NCBI GenBank assembly: GCA_965178125.1
Contig: OZ237736.1
Span: forward strand, 1,364,001 to 1,428,000
Direction: 5' to 3'
Origin: Bilabrum cf. latius
Lineage: Eukaryota
Length of the DNA: 64,000 nucleotides
This document shows positions 21,054-34,229 of this stretch, in pieces. Made by a program: the position numbers and the translations under genes. The notes below the pieces were generated by a model. The model was not told the DNA's origin and made no database searches. It saw nothing but the letters and a program-made list of their open reading frames with translations. Position 1 is the stretch's first letter; every line of letters begins with the position of its first letter.

Positions 21054-24000
21054 ATGGAAAGAAGCTACCTCGACTTGTTAGATGCAGATAGTAGCGGCAA
21101 AGAACCATTCTCAGAAGCCCTCTTCCTTTCTGAGGCTCTAGAAGCGCATGACTTGAGGCAAGTCCGAGCGCTTCTAGAGCGGGAGCTACGATCCACTAAC
21201 GCGTCCATACGGCAGAACGTCCTCGAAAGCTTTGAGCGGTTTCAATAGTTGTCTGATCGACTTGCTGGCACGCAGATGGCTTCCTAGGCCATGGAAGTGC
21301 CGCTTTCTGCTGCCCGGTCGCGTCTGGACCGCCTGAGCGCATTCGACGAGGCAACGCAAGACAGGCTCGCCAGTACATCAAGGGAGATTGCTAGGCAGCA
21401 CAGTGTCATCTAGAGCACGGATCGAATTAGATGTTTGTAGCAGAGAGTAGAGGTTGTTGCATCGCGCCCCGTACTCCCCTCGACTCTGAGCGACAGTTGT
21501 CGGGCAGTCAGTCTCCAAGCAATGGCAGCCTTCTAGCTCGTCCAAGCCCAGAGAACCACGGTCAGACCATCTGCGCAGCTATCTGCACAGCACGACGATA
21601 TTCCAGCGCAAGCGTGGTCTGGACTGTTGGACACGCTCTAGCACGCAACGAGGCGGTGTGCCACAGCACTGCGGTTGGAGGTGTCCGCGCACGAGATTCC
21701 ATCGGACCATGCTGGCACTAGGGGTACAAGCGTACAACCACAACCTGCTCCTTCTCTGGGTGCTTCTAGCGTGGCATTCAGCGAGAAGGCGTTTTTCCAT
21801 GAGGCAGCCGAGAGAACGCGTGACGAACGCGAGCCGCTCCGCACCGGGGCTCTCGTAGAGGCGGCGGCAAGCCTTGATATAGCCCTCTGCTGCCTCTCTG
21901 CATGCCCCCCCGAACTAGGAAATCCGCCGGACAGAACTGGCGTGCTACGGCTGGCACGTGAGCCGGGCGAGTTTGTATCCAAGGTGCTCAAGAAACTCGC
22001 TGCGGCTGCGCACGGCACTGGATCGCGCGGAGACCTCGGCAGTGGGCCTCTCGACGTCCTGGGCGCCATTCGGGATGCATCCGTGTGCGATAGAAGCATA
22101 GCGTTCGTGAATGAGTGTCGGAGTGCCATTGCAACGCATTTCATGAGCGATTACCTGCTCAATCAGATCGTTGCAGACGGCAAGCAGCGTGACGAGACCG
22201 ACCGAGCCGGTCCCATGAGCACTCCTGGTTCCATGGGACGAGGTCCAGTTGCAGAAGACCGGGAGTTCTCCAAGATGGCAACAACCCGTCACCCATTGAG
22301 CTCCAGCCGCGACTTGTTCGTCTTCTTGCTGTGGGAGCGGTTTAGAGATTCACTGGCAGTCCCTTAGGAGCATCGCAGCGAGGGCAGCAGCAGCAGTAGC
22401 ACTGCCGCATCATACACGAGCACCGGCGGCGGCGAGTCCTCCTTTTTTGCCCCTGGTGACCCCCGTTAGTTTGCGCACCGCGTGCATCTTTTTGATGAGG
22501 CTTTGGCCGCCACTGTGGGAACGTTGCAAGCAGCCAGCGACATCTTGGCAGACGACGGGAAGGCAGAGCATGGTACGCAGTCACAGTCAGCTAGTGTCAC
22601 AGCACCGTTACCTTTTGGGAGTGCGGCCATTTCAGACTCGGAGCCGGCTAGTGCTTCTGCGGTGCTGCGGCGCGCTGCTCACACTGAGGAGGGAGCACGT
22701 GCTCTCCGCTGCGTGTCCGCGTGCGCATCTATCGCTGCCAGCGGTGAGGCGATCGCTGCCGCACTGCCAGTGTACGCATCATTGTGCGAGCAAGCGCTTC
22801 TTGGAGCTGTCCGAACCAGCACCGAGGCCCTCTTGTCTGGCACGTCTTGGGCTGCATCTGCTCCAAAGCGAGCTGGCGCGCAGCCCTCGCTTGGGATTCT
22901 AGGCCCCGCCGAGGTCTTTCGAGCACGTGCCATGGGGCCGGCGCTGGCTTGCGTCGATGCCGTCTTGGGTGGCCCGCATGAGTCTTCTGCTGCTGATCGA
23001 GGGAGTGCACGCGTTGCCATCGATGGCGACCACAAGTCGTCGCCTTTACCCGGGCAGCTTTGGCCCATGGTGCTGCCGGGTCGGACGCCCAGCCTCCGTC
23101 GCGTTGGCCTGCAGCAAGCACACTCCGCCCTGGCCTCGGCGTGGAAGCTCCTGTCGTCCGCCTGGGACCCGAGCGACGGCACAGCTCCAAGCGGAGCAAC
23201 TTCACCCGAGGGCACCGATGCAGCTGCAGCATTAGCTGCGTGTCTCGGAGCAGCGGCAGATGCACAAAGCGGGCCGTTGAGCGCCAGTGAATCTCCGCCC
23301 GAGCTTGACGCGGCGGTCGGCGAGCTCCTTCGCCTCGGGTGGGGCCATTCGCAGGCGACCAGCGTGAGAGCGCACCGGGACGAGGATGATGGTAGTCTCG
23401 CGGAACAAAACCCGGCCAGCGGTGCTGGGGCTAGCGAATCCAAGGAAGAATATGTCGGCGAATCAATAGGAAAGCAAGGGACAGCTATTGCTCTTGCAAG
23501 GCAGCAGGGGCCAAACCGATCGGATGTCGAGCGAGTATGCGAGCATCTGGGCCGAGCAAGTGCTCGTCTTGCGGATCCAGGGTAGGTTACCCTCGGAGAT
23601 GCTCGGAGATGCACTGCACTGCAAGGGGTGCTGGTGGACTCTGCCATGTTGCGAGAGCGGCTGGACGGGGCTGAAGTCGACGGCGAGGCAGCGGTCCAGC
23701 TGCGGCGCGCCCTGGCTGTGCTCGCAGCCGGGAGCTGCATGGCACTGCACCGCTTGGCCAGTAGCGACAGCAGCGGGCGCGGCCCTTTCGCGAATACCGA
23801 TGCGCCGCTGCCGCTGCTCGCAGGGGCGCACAAGCTGCTCGTAGACCGAGGCTCTGGTCCTGTTCCCCAACCATCGCGGAGGTTTGCAGCGGCTGCTGCG
23901 GGGGCCTGCAGCGCTGCCGCGAAGAGTGCCGCCACCCGCCAGCTGGATGCGTTTTCCAGGGAACAGTGTGCACGGGTGGCCGAGGCAGAGGCGAAGGACT

Positions 24001-24323
24001 CCAAGCTGAGCTGGCTGAGGGAAGAGGCCAGGACCGGCAGCAGCGGTGGCGGCAGTGGTGACAGTGGGCTCTCTGCAAAATACTCTGGGGGAACCCTGGC
24101 GCATGGTACAAGTGAAGGTGTGGGTGGGGGGGCAGACCGAGGGGAAGCCGCGGCCCAGGCCTGGCGCCTGGCGAGAAAAGCCGCTGGCGCGTGGAAGGAG
24201 GGCTTGGGGCGGCTGTGGCGCGAGTCGTTCGGAGCAGAGAATCTCCCTGGTGCAGTGTAGGCCCGATTGGACCGGTTGGTTGCAGGAAGCTTTGACGGGG
24301 AAGGTGTACCCGGCCCGCGGTAA
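21054..24323 (+). CDS. COG2: COG2-like vesicle-tethering (CATCHR) subunit; 3' end uncertain
   Basis: N-terminal F..LSDRLAG....AMEVPL pattern and internal FFAPGDPR*F resemble COG2 (FVNLSTNLVGM..LSVPL; FNPGNPDAF). About 10 in-frame TAGs and no TAA/TGA until TAA 24321, which also overlaps a possible donor CG|GTAAG. Confidence 0.6.
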
Positions 24324-25468
24324 GCTGCTGGTATCTCCAGATCGATCGATCGATCGGCCGATCGACACTATTGTGCTGTCTTGGAGGAGCGGAGGCTGGG
24401 GCGGCCAGGCCAGGGCATGTACGCGGCAATCAGGGCATCAGCTAGGGTAATAGTACGCTACCAAGCTTGTGGTCTCGGTGCTGCAGCTGTCATGCGGGAG
24501 TGCAGCTACTTGCCGGCGTTTCCTTGGTAAGGGGGAATCGAGTGCTCACGAAGAAAGCGCGATGCTACATAAAATGAGCCCTTCGATGCGCCAAAGTCAT
24601 TCACGTCTGCCGACAGACTACTTTTGAGAGAGTTTGGAGACATCAGTTTGCAGTACACTAGCTGGTTTGGCGCAGCATTCGCGTTGGCACCCATATTTGC
24701 GGAATGCAGCTACAGTCCTTTTCCGGTTTTTGTCGGCTTGCGACCAACTGCAGTACCCCAGCCTGCCGACCAGCCGTTTGGGTCCACTTCAAAATCGCCA
24801 ATCTCTACTAGCCATGGCTAGTGATTCAAAGCCTTTTTGCTGTAAGTTAATCTATATTTCTTGTTCATTATGCTTGCATTGCTTTCGAGGCGCTGCTGTG
24901 GCTGCTTTCAACAAAATGCTCGGAGAGACGTCACGTCTGCTATGCTGCTCTTCTCATCAGGCATACCCCTCAATTATCGCAGCATATGACCGAATCGGAT
25001 GCATAAACGTTACAGTGAAACCTAAGCTAGATCCTGGTACGCATCATTGCTCCGTGAGATATCTATATTGGTCTGAGAAGCTTGAGCATTGTTGCGATTG
25101 CGTCGGGGCACGTGCAGCATGTCGGTTGCACCGAATCAACCACAGGCTCCGCCTGCTTTCGCGTTTCTGATTGTAATATTGCCAATAAAATTGACTAGAG
25201 CCCAGTGTTTGCTTCATTATTGTCCCTCTGGCCCGTATTCTCGTGATGGGTAGGTGCTTCACATGACCTTGAGAACGGAGTAGTCTTGCTGATACAGACC
25301 GTCCTGGGTACCATGGTGCACCGATTCGTGTTGTTTGAATAGGTTACGTGCAGCTGTCCTTCAAATTGACCCAATGCTGGGGATTATTTAGTGAATTGGG
25401 GTTGGGGTTGAAGTGCTTTCTAACGTGGTTCGCGAGACCGAGCCCGACTGGCTAAGAATAATCGCGCC

Positions 25469-28253
25469 ATGGGTATCAGCCTGAGTATTTCAACATCATG
25501 AAAATGCTTTGCCATTGGTCTCGCGTCGCGTATCTCAGCGGAGGCTCAGGCCAAAGCACCGAATGAGCTCCCGAGCTTGACGGTTTGGGAGAACGCAGTC
25601 ATTACAAACGCGCACTCTTTCGTATCGATCCGTATCGCATCGCAGGGAGTGTTGCTGACCTTCTGCATCCCTGTGGTCATTGCCATTTACATCGTATCTG
25701 TGGTCGCGGAGCTGGACATCAACCCGTTCGAGAACACGGCCGAGACATTCGTGACCAGCGATCCTCGCACCGTTCAGATCATCTGCGAGGCACCGGGAGG
25801 CTGCCTGCTAGAGCGCAAGTACACATACACGACTGGGCCATCACGCGACTGCGCCCCACCTCGCGCGTGAGCAAGCATGTCATCTCCGCTTGGTCGGATC
25901 ACCGGTGCCGAGGCCACGTCCGCGCTATCTCTCTTGCTGTGTCTCTTTGTCTCATTGCATGTCGCGCCGCCCTGTATGCACAACGTTGTATCCGTTCGCG
26001 CTTGCAGATGTGAGCATTCTTTCTCTTGTTCATTTGGCATCACAGCAAGGATGCCGGCGTGTGCATCTCGCTCGCCTACAAACGTGCGCTGCGCCTGCCC
26101 ATCTGCGCCAGCCCTGCTGCTAACGACGGCATCATCGTGTACTGGAACAGGACCGCCAACGTGGCTGCCCTGCAGAGGACCACCACCACCACCACCACGC
26201 GGCGCCTGGCCCGCATGCAGTCCCGTGACACCCCCGTGCACGAGGTCAACGCCATCAGCGGTGCGCAGAGCAGGCTGGACTGGGCCCGGGTGCGGCCAGC
26301 CTTGTTCCCTGGCCACCTGTACCCCGTCACCGAGGACACTCATGTCGCCGCTGTGGACGTGCAGCAGGACGAGGCGGAGCGCGTGCGGATCCGTGCGGGC
26401 ATCGTGCGGGCCATGCGTCGCCGCGCAGCGATCAAGGCGCGCCGGCTGACTGACGACCTCAACGGAGGCGGCGGTGATGACCTCAACGGAGGCGGCGGTG
26501 ATGACCTCAACGGAGGCGGCGGTGATGACCTCAACGGAGGCGGCGGTGATGACCTCAACGGAGGCGGCGGTGACGACCTCAACGGAGGCGGCGGTGACGA
26601 CCTCAACGGAGGCGGCGGTGATGACCTCAACGGAGGCGGCGGTGACGACCTCAACGGAGGCGGCGGTGACGACCTCAACGGAGGCGGCGGCGACGATATC
26701 GGCGGACCTGGGACTGGCGCTGACGATTTCGGTGGGCCTGGCGGTGTGGTGGTGAGCTTTCTCTTTGTATCCGATGCACGTCTCGACAGCATGATGTGCA
26801 TGCTCACACTGTACGATTTCCTGCCTTGAGTATCCTTTTCGATGCTTGCCCGCAGGACGACTTCTTCGCCGGTGGGGGGACATACGAGGACGATTTCTTC
26901 CGCTTCGACCCTGGTGAGTGGGCTAGTATATGCCCTTCGCTGGAGTGATGCTGTGTATCTCTTGTGCATCGGCAGTCAGTATGCCGTGATATATTGCTCG
27001 CCTTGTTTCATCAATTTGGCATGTGCTCTCGCAGGTGCCGGCTTCCAGGACGACTACTACGGCGGTCTCGAGACCCTGTCCGACGAGGAGCTGGGCCAGT
27101 TCTTCGGGGAAGACTTCGGCGGCGCGGGCGGGTTTGGCGGCGGGCCCGGCGCGTACGGTGACGACGAGTGGCAGACGGATCTGAACCCCAACACGTGGAA
27201 CCAGTGGGACGACGGGGAGGCGCCCCCTGTGGAGTCCGAGTCCGCGTTGAACGAGGCTAGGAAGGAAGGGTAAGAGGCGACATGGATCTGTGCATAGTGG
27301 TACAAGCATCCTAACCGTCACAAGTGCGCGAGCAACCTTGACAGGTTGAGTTCTCACCTATACTACCTTGGGCGTGGTCATGTTCTTCTTACTACCCCAT
27401 TTGTGCACATTCTGCCCGCAGGTTCGACACCGAGTACTCGTACACAGACTTCAACCGCGGCCGTCCCACCGCCGAGGTTGGCATCTCCATCCGCTCCGAG
27501 ATCCTGTCCCTGCGAGACAACCCCTCGGGCAAGAAGGAGCTGCTGCGGTCAGTGGGCGGCGTGCCCATCGCCCGTGGTCGTGTGCTGCTCCAACACCACT
27601 CGTCCTCGTACAAGGAGGGCGGCAGCCTCAACAGCAACCCGGAAGGGGCGCGCCTGTCCACCGGGTACCTGTCTATCGCCACCGACCGCTCGTCCACGTT
27701 CAGCGACGATGACATCAAGGAGACGCTCAGCACGCAGAACCGGACGTCGTGCCTCTGGAGGGTCATCAGAGCTGTCAACCGTACCGTCACCCTTCCGAGT
27801 GACGCCGAGTTCATCACCTTGGAAGGTAAGAACTCCGCAGTGCCTATCCCCGTGGTGGCCATCGACACGCTGAATGACATCAACGGAGACTACTCAACGG
27901 CTCAGGTCATCCTGTCGGGGCAACGGTCCAGTGGCACCATCGTGAAGCGGTCCTGGGAGTACATTCTGGGCGCTGCTGGTGGTTTCGTGACCATCATCAT
28001 GGGTGCGTTCGCCGGCGTGGCGGCGGGCATCCGGGCCTTTGACGTGATCGTGTGCGGCGGGTGCCTGAGCTGCGGGTCCATCGAGCCCACCGAGGACGAG
28101 CTCGCCAAGAAGGCCAAGGACGGCGACGACGGGGGCGACAGCAAGCCGGCCGAGGGGGCATCCCAGAACACGGTGGCTCCGGCTCCAGCTCCTGCCCCGC
28201 AGACTACCACCAGTCAGACTGGCGCGAAGGCCGGTTTCGCGGATGAGGTGTGA
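25469..28253 (+). CDS. Two-transmembrane protein with a large Cys-containing extracellular loop (ENaC/DEG/P2X/PAC-like topology), 6 exons
   Basis: Spliced through GT-AG introns at about 25473-25538, 25867-26045, 26752-26855, 26914-27034 and 27270-27421. TM1 VLLTFCIPVVIAIYIVSVV; TM2 SWEYILGAAGGFVTIIMGAFAGVAAGI. Ends at TGA. Confidence 0.6.
26452..26691 (+). repeat. 24-bp coding minisatellite x10 encoding DDLNGGGG
   Basis: Tandem array of GAYGACCTCAACGGAGGCGGCGGT. Confidence 0.95.
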
Positions 28254-28971
28254 TCATCCCGGGGCTGTGGGGGCACTAGCACGCAGCGACCAGCTGCGCT
28301 GCGTGCTTGGGAACGAGGCTCGCTGGTGTTCGCTGGGTGCATTCTGCAGTCCCGCGGCCTCTCGGCGTGTCAGGCCTTGCCCACTGCGACTCCGTTTGTG
28401 TCGCGATGAAGGGGGGTTGAATGCCTTGTTTGATCCTTCTGTTTGCGCTCGGCGGCGGCTCGTGGTGTGGTGCGGTCTGGTAGCTTGCGATTTCCTGATT
28501 GGTTTATGTGTTGGGGATTGCATCGGTGCTGGCTCGTTGCGTTTCGTTGCTTCGCGCCGCGAGCGCACGGGCAATGCGGCACGGCCCATGTCGGGCTGGT
28601 CGTGGAGGAGGGGCGGGGGTGCCTGTAGCTAGTCGAGGCTACTGGCGGGCACGCGACCGGACCGATGCCTCGTGTGCAGCCTTGTGCGCTACATTTTTGA
28701 TGCAATCTTCAGGCTATCTCGCACCAACCGGCTTCAGATAGAGATCAATTGGCTCCGTGTTGTGCCGTCCGACAGAGGGGCTGGTGTGTGCAGTGCACGC
28801 GACGGGGTCAGGCGTGCTGCAGTGCAACGCACATTGCCCCACCAAACCTGCCATGCCGCGAGCACACACCACTGCATGCACACACGCGTGGCCACTGTGC
28901 CTGCTCATCATCACACGCCCCCCGCTCCGGGGCCCGTATCTCTCTCAAAGTTCAGCGCCAGCTCTGATCCC

Positions 28972-30714
28972 ATGCTCTCCGCTCGCATGTTGTTGCTGTA
29001 CGTGGTCGTAACATTATCAGCTTTGGCATTCCCTCCTGGCTGCAGCTCGTTCGGTTGCGACCCGTTTCGTTCGGCGGTCATCCACGGCGTCATGCTGGAA
29101 CGAGGCGGCTAGCTCCAGACACCGAGATTGCAGTCCTTAGATAGCATCCAGCCAGGGAAATTAGGTGATTTAGCAACGGTTCGCTTCAACCCAACAGGTG
29201 TTGGTTGCATCGGGAGCGGGGTCGCAGCAACTTGCCTAGCTGGAAACAAGCTTGTGCAATTGAACAGCTCGGGCACGATTTAGTGGCAGTGGAGCGAGCA
29301 AGGAGACGGCAAGTCTGTCTCGATGCCAGGTACCAAGTTTGCAAGAACCCTGCCGGTGGCAGGATATCAGGGCAAAATCGAGACTGCATCCGAAAACCAA
29401 GTATGCTACATCCAAGACAACGGCACGACGCAGTGGTCTTAGAACGTGTTGCCGTCGCTCTCGTTCGGGATTGTGAGTGCTCCCGTGACAAACAACCGGT
29501 CTTTGAACTTTTATACCCGCTCCGACGGCTACAGCTTCGGTTATGATGATCGATCGACTCCCGTGGCCCAAATCCCAACTCGAGTTTGCGGCAGCGCCAG
29601 CTGCAGCACATCAGACCCAGTGGCATCGGTTGGAGCTCCGACCGTGGCCGGCCAGCGCGTCGTTTTTGTCGGCGGCGTCTTTAAGGACATTCAGCCATTC
29701 CCTTCGGATTCCGCGGGCGTGTGCGCCGCGGTCGCTTACGATCAAGCAGACAGCATCGTGAAGCGGCTACAGACCGCATGGCAGGTGACTGTTCCATGCA
29801 GTGGCTTTCAAGCTCCTGGAAGTGATCGGTGGCCACAGGCCGTGCTGCCCATGGGCGACCCCTTCGTGTTTGCGACCAGTTCGAACCAGCTGGGAGCAGC
29901 ACGCGAGGCCGCCGTCCCCGTCCCCACAGTGGGGCTCACCTGGGTGACCCCCGGGGGAACACTCGGACTCGGCGCCGTCACTGCATTCCCCGAGGGCCTG
30001 GACCCCGAGGCGCAGCAGCCCAACACCACGCTGGCCTGGGAGGCCGCGGGGCTCCCGCAGGCGATGGCTGAGGCCGGTTGCACGCTGCCCTATGCGCTGG
30101 GAGTCGCAGTGGAGCCGCTGCAGTTCGATGCACCCATCGGACCGGGATCGCCATCGATCTCCCGGCGCATCTGGGTGGCACCCCGCCATTGTAGCGTGCT
30201 GTTTCCGCTGGACCCCGCCTCAGGCAGGGTTATCTCGGAAGAGGCCATCAATGTGACGTTGCTTGCCGCTGCTGCCATGCTGGGAGCCGAGCCAGTAACT
30301 GTGTCCAGGGCCGGCACCGCGGCCCCCATGGTGATGATTTCCCCCCCGCAGCTGCTGCAGGTCAACTCTACTGGTGCAGAGCCGGGGGCGGACCGGCTCC
30401 TGATGCTGGCCCTTGCCCCCGCGAACACCTTCGCCCCGACGCCCCGGCTGCAGGACGCAGTGCTCGTGCTCATTCGTCCTCCTAGCGACGGAGCACCTGC
30501 TCGGCTGCTTTCGTCGCAGCCCCTCTGCAACAGCGGCAGCGGCGGGAGCCTGTGCCAGGCCCGCGTGCTGGCACTGGGCCAGCCTGCCGTGCCCCAGTCA
30601 GACGCGGGAGTGAGCTACAAGGGGGCTGCGGTCGTGGTCCCGTCCTGGATCCGGCCCGACCCGGGGTCCAACGCCACCGAGGCAGTGGTCTCTGTGCTGC
30701 CGCTGCGCCGCTGA
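28972..30714 (+). CDS. Secreted protein with PQQ-like beta-propeller-type repeats
   Basis: Signal peptide MLSARMLLLYVVVTLSALA; repeats NSSGTI*WQ, DNGTTQWS and LDPASGRV. TAG at 29110, 29281 and 29440 read through. Ends at TGA. Confidence 0.6.
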
Positions 30715-31072
30715 TGCTGGTCTATTTCCGACGTGGTGGGAGCTACTCCTTCTGCTTGCTTGCACAGTGAGCACGCAGGAGCGTCGTTTCCCGCATGGTT
30801 ACGTGGATCGAAACGGCTAGCCCAGTTCGCTCTGCTGCTGCCGCTATCCCGCGTGGTCCTGCGACTTGGCAGTCTGTGACGCCGCGCATGGCCCGCGGCT
30901 GGCGGCAGCAGCGCATGCTCACTAGTTTGGAGTGCTTTGCTCGACTTTGTATCGAAACGAAGTTCCAAATCGATATGCGATAGCTTGTAATGCACAACTG
31001 CATCTCCGTGCGGGCGCTTCAATGATGCCGCCGAGCTGCTGTAGTGCCAGCTTCACCATTCGTTCCGACAGA

Positions 31073-32677
31073 TCACGCGAGCCCAGCCGATCCGCTGGCC
31101 AGCATACCCTCGCCCATCATGCGATGCGTCGTACCACTCCCGCCCCTCCCCTCCTTTGGCCCGAGAGAGAGCGGCCCCTCTGGCATTGGCAGCTGCAGCA
31201 CAGCCCCCGGCACGGCGCACAGGAAAGGGACGGACACCAGGGCCTCGTACTCGCAGGCGCCCGTCTCCTCGACTTGCACCAAGGAGGGCGGGGGAGAGTT
31301 GGAGGCGGCCCAGAGGGCGTCCCACGGGCAGCTGCTGTCGGGGGAATCGGGCTCATGGCCGGGACCAGCACCAGCTCTAGCACCAGCACCAGCACCAGCA
31401 CCAGTACTTCCACTGTTGCCAGCACCGCCACTATCCAACATCTCACCACGGGTGGCAGCAGCAGCTAAGGCGGTAGCTCGGGCCCGTCCGTGACGCGTGG
31501 CCTCGAGTCCAATCGCTTCCGCATGCCTCACCGTGAATCTGTTCCCTGGGTCGCCCACCATGCCCCCTGCCACCGCCTGCACCCAGGGCATGCGGCCGAG
31601 CCAGGCAGCCAGCAGCTCCCCTGGACATCGCTTCCGCAGATCTGCATCGCTCGATGCCTCAGCCAGCATGCGCCCGCTTCCCTCGCTTCCACTAGCCTGG
31701 CCAACTGGCTGCTGTTCGGGCCGCATCAGGTGCTGGAAGACCCGAGCCATGTCGGACGCGTAGGCAATACTATCATTCGCCCTCGCGACCATGGCGTGCC
31801 ACCCACAGCGCAAAGAAGACTCTCCTGGCATGGACGCAGTGTAGCTGCCCTCCGATGTGGAGTGCACGTGGGACTCCTTGGGGGGCGCCGAGCTGGGGCT
31901 GTGGATCCTGGCGAGAAACTGGCAGAGAGCGGCGAAGCAGGCGCTGTCTCGAAGTTGATCAGATGGTGTGCTATCGTCCCAGCGGGGCACATTGGAGAGC
32001 GCCGGAGGTTGTGGCCCTGCGTCTCCCCCCGCGCCTTGCAAGTTGCGGCTGGCAGTGGCAGTGGGGGTGCTGCCCACCACGCCCAGGCCTGCGGCTCGCA
32101 TCGCTGCCGCCGTGCGTATCGCGCCGCGATCGCATGCTTCATTCCGTGCCTAGCCAACTTCGTTGAGATCCTAATGCTTAGGATGGCGATCTATTTGATT
32201 GATCGGCCGCGTAACATTGCCGGTGGCCGCCAACCTGAGGCAATCTCCCTCAGCTGGCTGAGTCAGCGGGCAAACGTACCGCACAAGAAGACGCCGCCTT
32301 GAGTGGATGCCTTGTCCACATGGGGAGCCCCCGGTAAAAATTTCGACGTACTCGGGACCCTCGCGGCCAATTCCCTCTGAAATGCCCAGAGACACTACGC
32401 CGGAACCGGCAAAACCGGTTTCGTCAAAATGCAATCCGCTCGGTGACCTGAACTGACGTGCGTGCGCGCCTGGGCAAATCTCGTACGAAAACATGCTAGA
32501 TGATCCCATGAGAACATAGCAGCTCCCTACGAGCGGGAGAACCATCGAAGGGCTGGAATTACACGTGGACGTGGTAGCGGTGAAAAGGTGGCTTCGTATG
32601 GCCGTCGACAGAGCAACATCAACTGGCCGGCCTACGGTAGCGGTAACCATGAACAGGCTCAGCATGTCCTTTAGCAT
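31073..32677 (-). CDS. MRH (mannose-6-phosphate receptor homology; OS-9/PRKCSH-like) domain protein with the domain split by a long insertion
   Basis: FSYEICPGAHARQF, IFTGGSPCG..RRRLLVRYVC, and far downstream VQVEETGACEYEALVSVPFLC. TAG at 32171 and 32150 read through. Ends at TGA. Start codon uncertain. Confidence 0.7.
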
Positions 32678-32797
32678 TGCATGCACGCCTCTCGTACACG
32701 CAAGGTATTCTTTAAACTGGAATAGGCTTTTCGCCAATGGAAAGCCGGAACCACCTCCAGAAGCATTGCGTCCCGATCTTGCATTCGCTCTGAAACA

Positions 32798-34042
32798 ATG
32801 AGCAACGATGATATTGAAAAAGAGTGGTAGCTTCTGAGATCAGGGCTGCCATCGCCTGAATCGGTGGAACTGGAGGCCCCAGGAGTGCTGCCAGTCGGCG
32901 CGACATCGAAGCCTCGAGTATACCCGTCAGTTATAGCTAGTCGTGGGTAGTGCGCCCCTAGGTTTGTTCTCAGGGGTTTTACGAGAGATGAACTCCCCCC
33001 AACCAAGTCTGTAAACCCTCCTGTCAAGCACATAGGGTGGCTGTACAAGCGCGGAGGGGGTACCTCCATGTTTGGCTCGAAAGGTTGGAAGCGACGAAGA
33101 TTTTATCTTTCGGGTAGCGTCCTGCGATACTTTAAGTCGTAGAAGGAACTGGATGCGTTCGAGGCTGGTTTTGGCACCACCAGCCCTGCTAGTCCCACTG
33201 GGTAGCCGTAGCTGGCTGCAGGTGACGATAGGATCGCTGGAAACGCAGCAGGACAAGGGCCAACCGAGCCTGAGGCAATCATCCGCTCAAAGAGCCTCAA
33301 CTTGGTCCACAAGTTCCCCGTAGTAGATACTCAGGCTTCGTCTGGACGAACAGCTCCATCGATTCGAAGGCGCAGGGTGCAGTCCTCCGGCGCAGCAGCA
33401 GCAGCAGCCGCCCTGACCCTTCCAGTGGGCTCTCCCTTGGCCCGCGCAGCTGACTCGTCTCAGTCTAGTGGCTCAGGTAGCCAATCGGTGCCTCCGACTC
33501 TGCCCCGAGCAGCCGCTGGCGGATCCAGCGGAGGGAATGGCAGCGGCAGCGAACCCTCCTCGCGCCTGGGTCTGCCAGTGGGGCTAGGGCTAGGAGCAGC
33601 CGCTGGCGGATCCAGCAGAGGGAATGGCAGCGGCAGCGAACCCTCCTCGCGCCTGGGTCTGCCAGTGGGGCTAGGGCTAGGAGCAGCCGCTGGCGGGGCG
33701 GGGCACGGAGGGGCGGGGCCAGGCATGGCCACTGGTAGTGGTGGGGCGGGATCGGAGGCGGGTGTGACGAGTGCGGGGGCTCAATCGCCAACCACGGCAG
33801 GAGCGGCGGCGGGGCTAGGGCTAGGGGCCATCGTGGTGTACGGCGGGTGGATGCGTCGTCTTCGCGGCTACGAAGAGGCCACGAGGAATCACGTCCTACT
33901 GTTGCTCCCCCCCTTGGGCCACCGCGTGTACTTCGTATCGGCGGAGAGCGAGCTGGAGCTGCAGGGGTGGGAGAGGGCGCTGCGGCTGGGGGGTATGCGG
34001 GACGTGCCGCCGGACGATGATTCCGAGCTGCCGCCCGGCTGA
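32798..34042 (+). CDS. Protein with a split PH domain
   Basis: KHIGWLYKRGGG..GWKRRRFYLSGSVLRYFKS* and C-terminal RVYFVSAESELELQGWERALR. TAG at 32828, 32948, 33140, 33203 and 33209. Internal duplication of about 87 bp at about 33508-33695. Ends at TGA. Confidence 0.8.
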
Positions 34043-34229
34043 TCAATGCGTTGATCCAAAAGAAAATCTTCTGCAGTACTCCAGTTTAGTTGCGCTATCC
34101 TTTTCATCTCTTGCTAGCACTGTGGGCGCAAAACCCTGATCTTCTTCATGAAATGTTGGTTGCAACCGCCTGGCCGCTGCGATCCACGTGTCGTACAAAG
34201 TCGGAGAGGTACCTCCTTGGGTTCGTCCG

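Noticed and set aside
24340-24365. (GATC)n palindromic run
   Set aside because: Short simple repeat with no supporting context.
24952-25314. Minus-strand frame of about 120 codons, open if TAG is sense
   Set aside because: No recognisable motif; a frame this long is expected by chance with only two stop codons.
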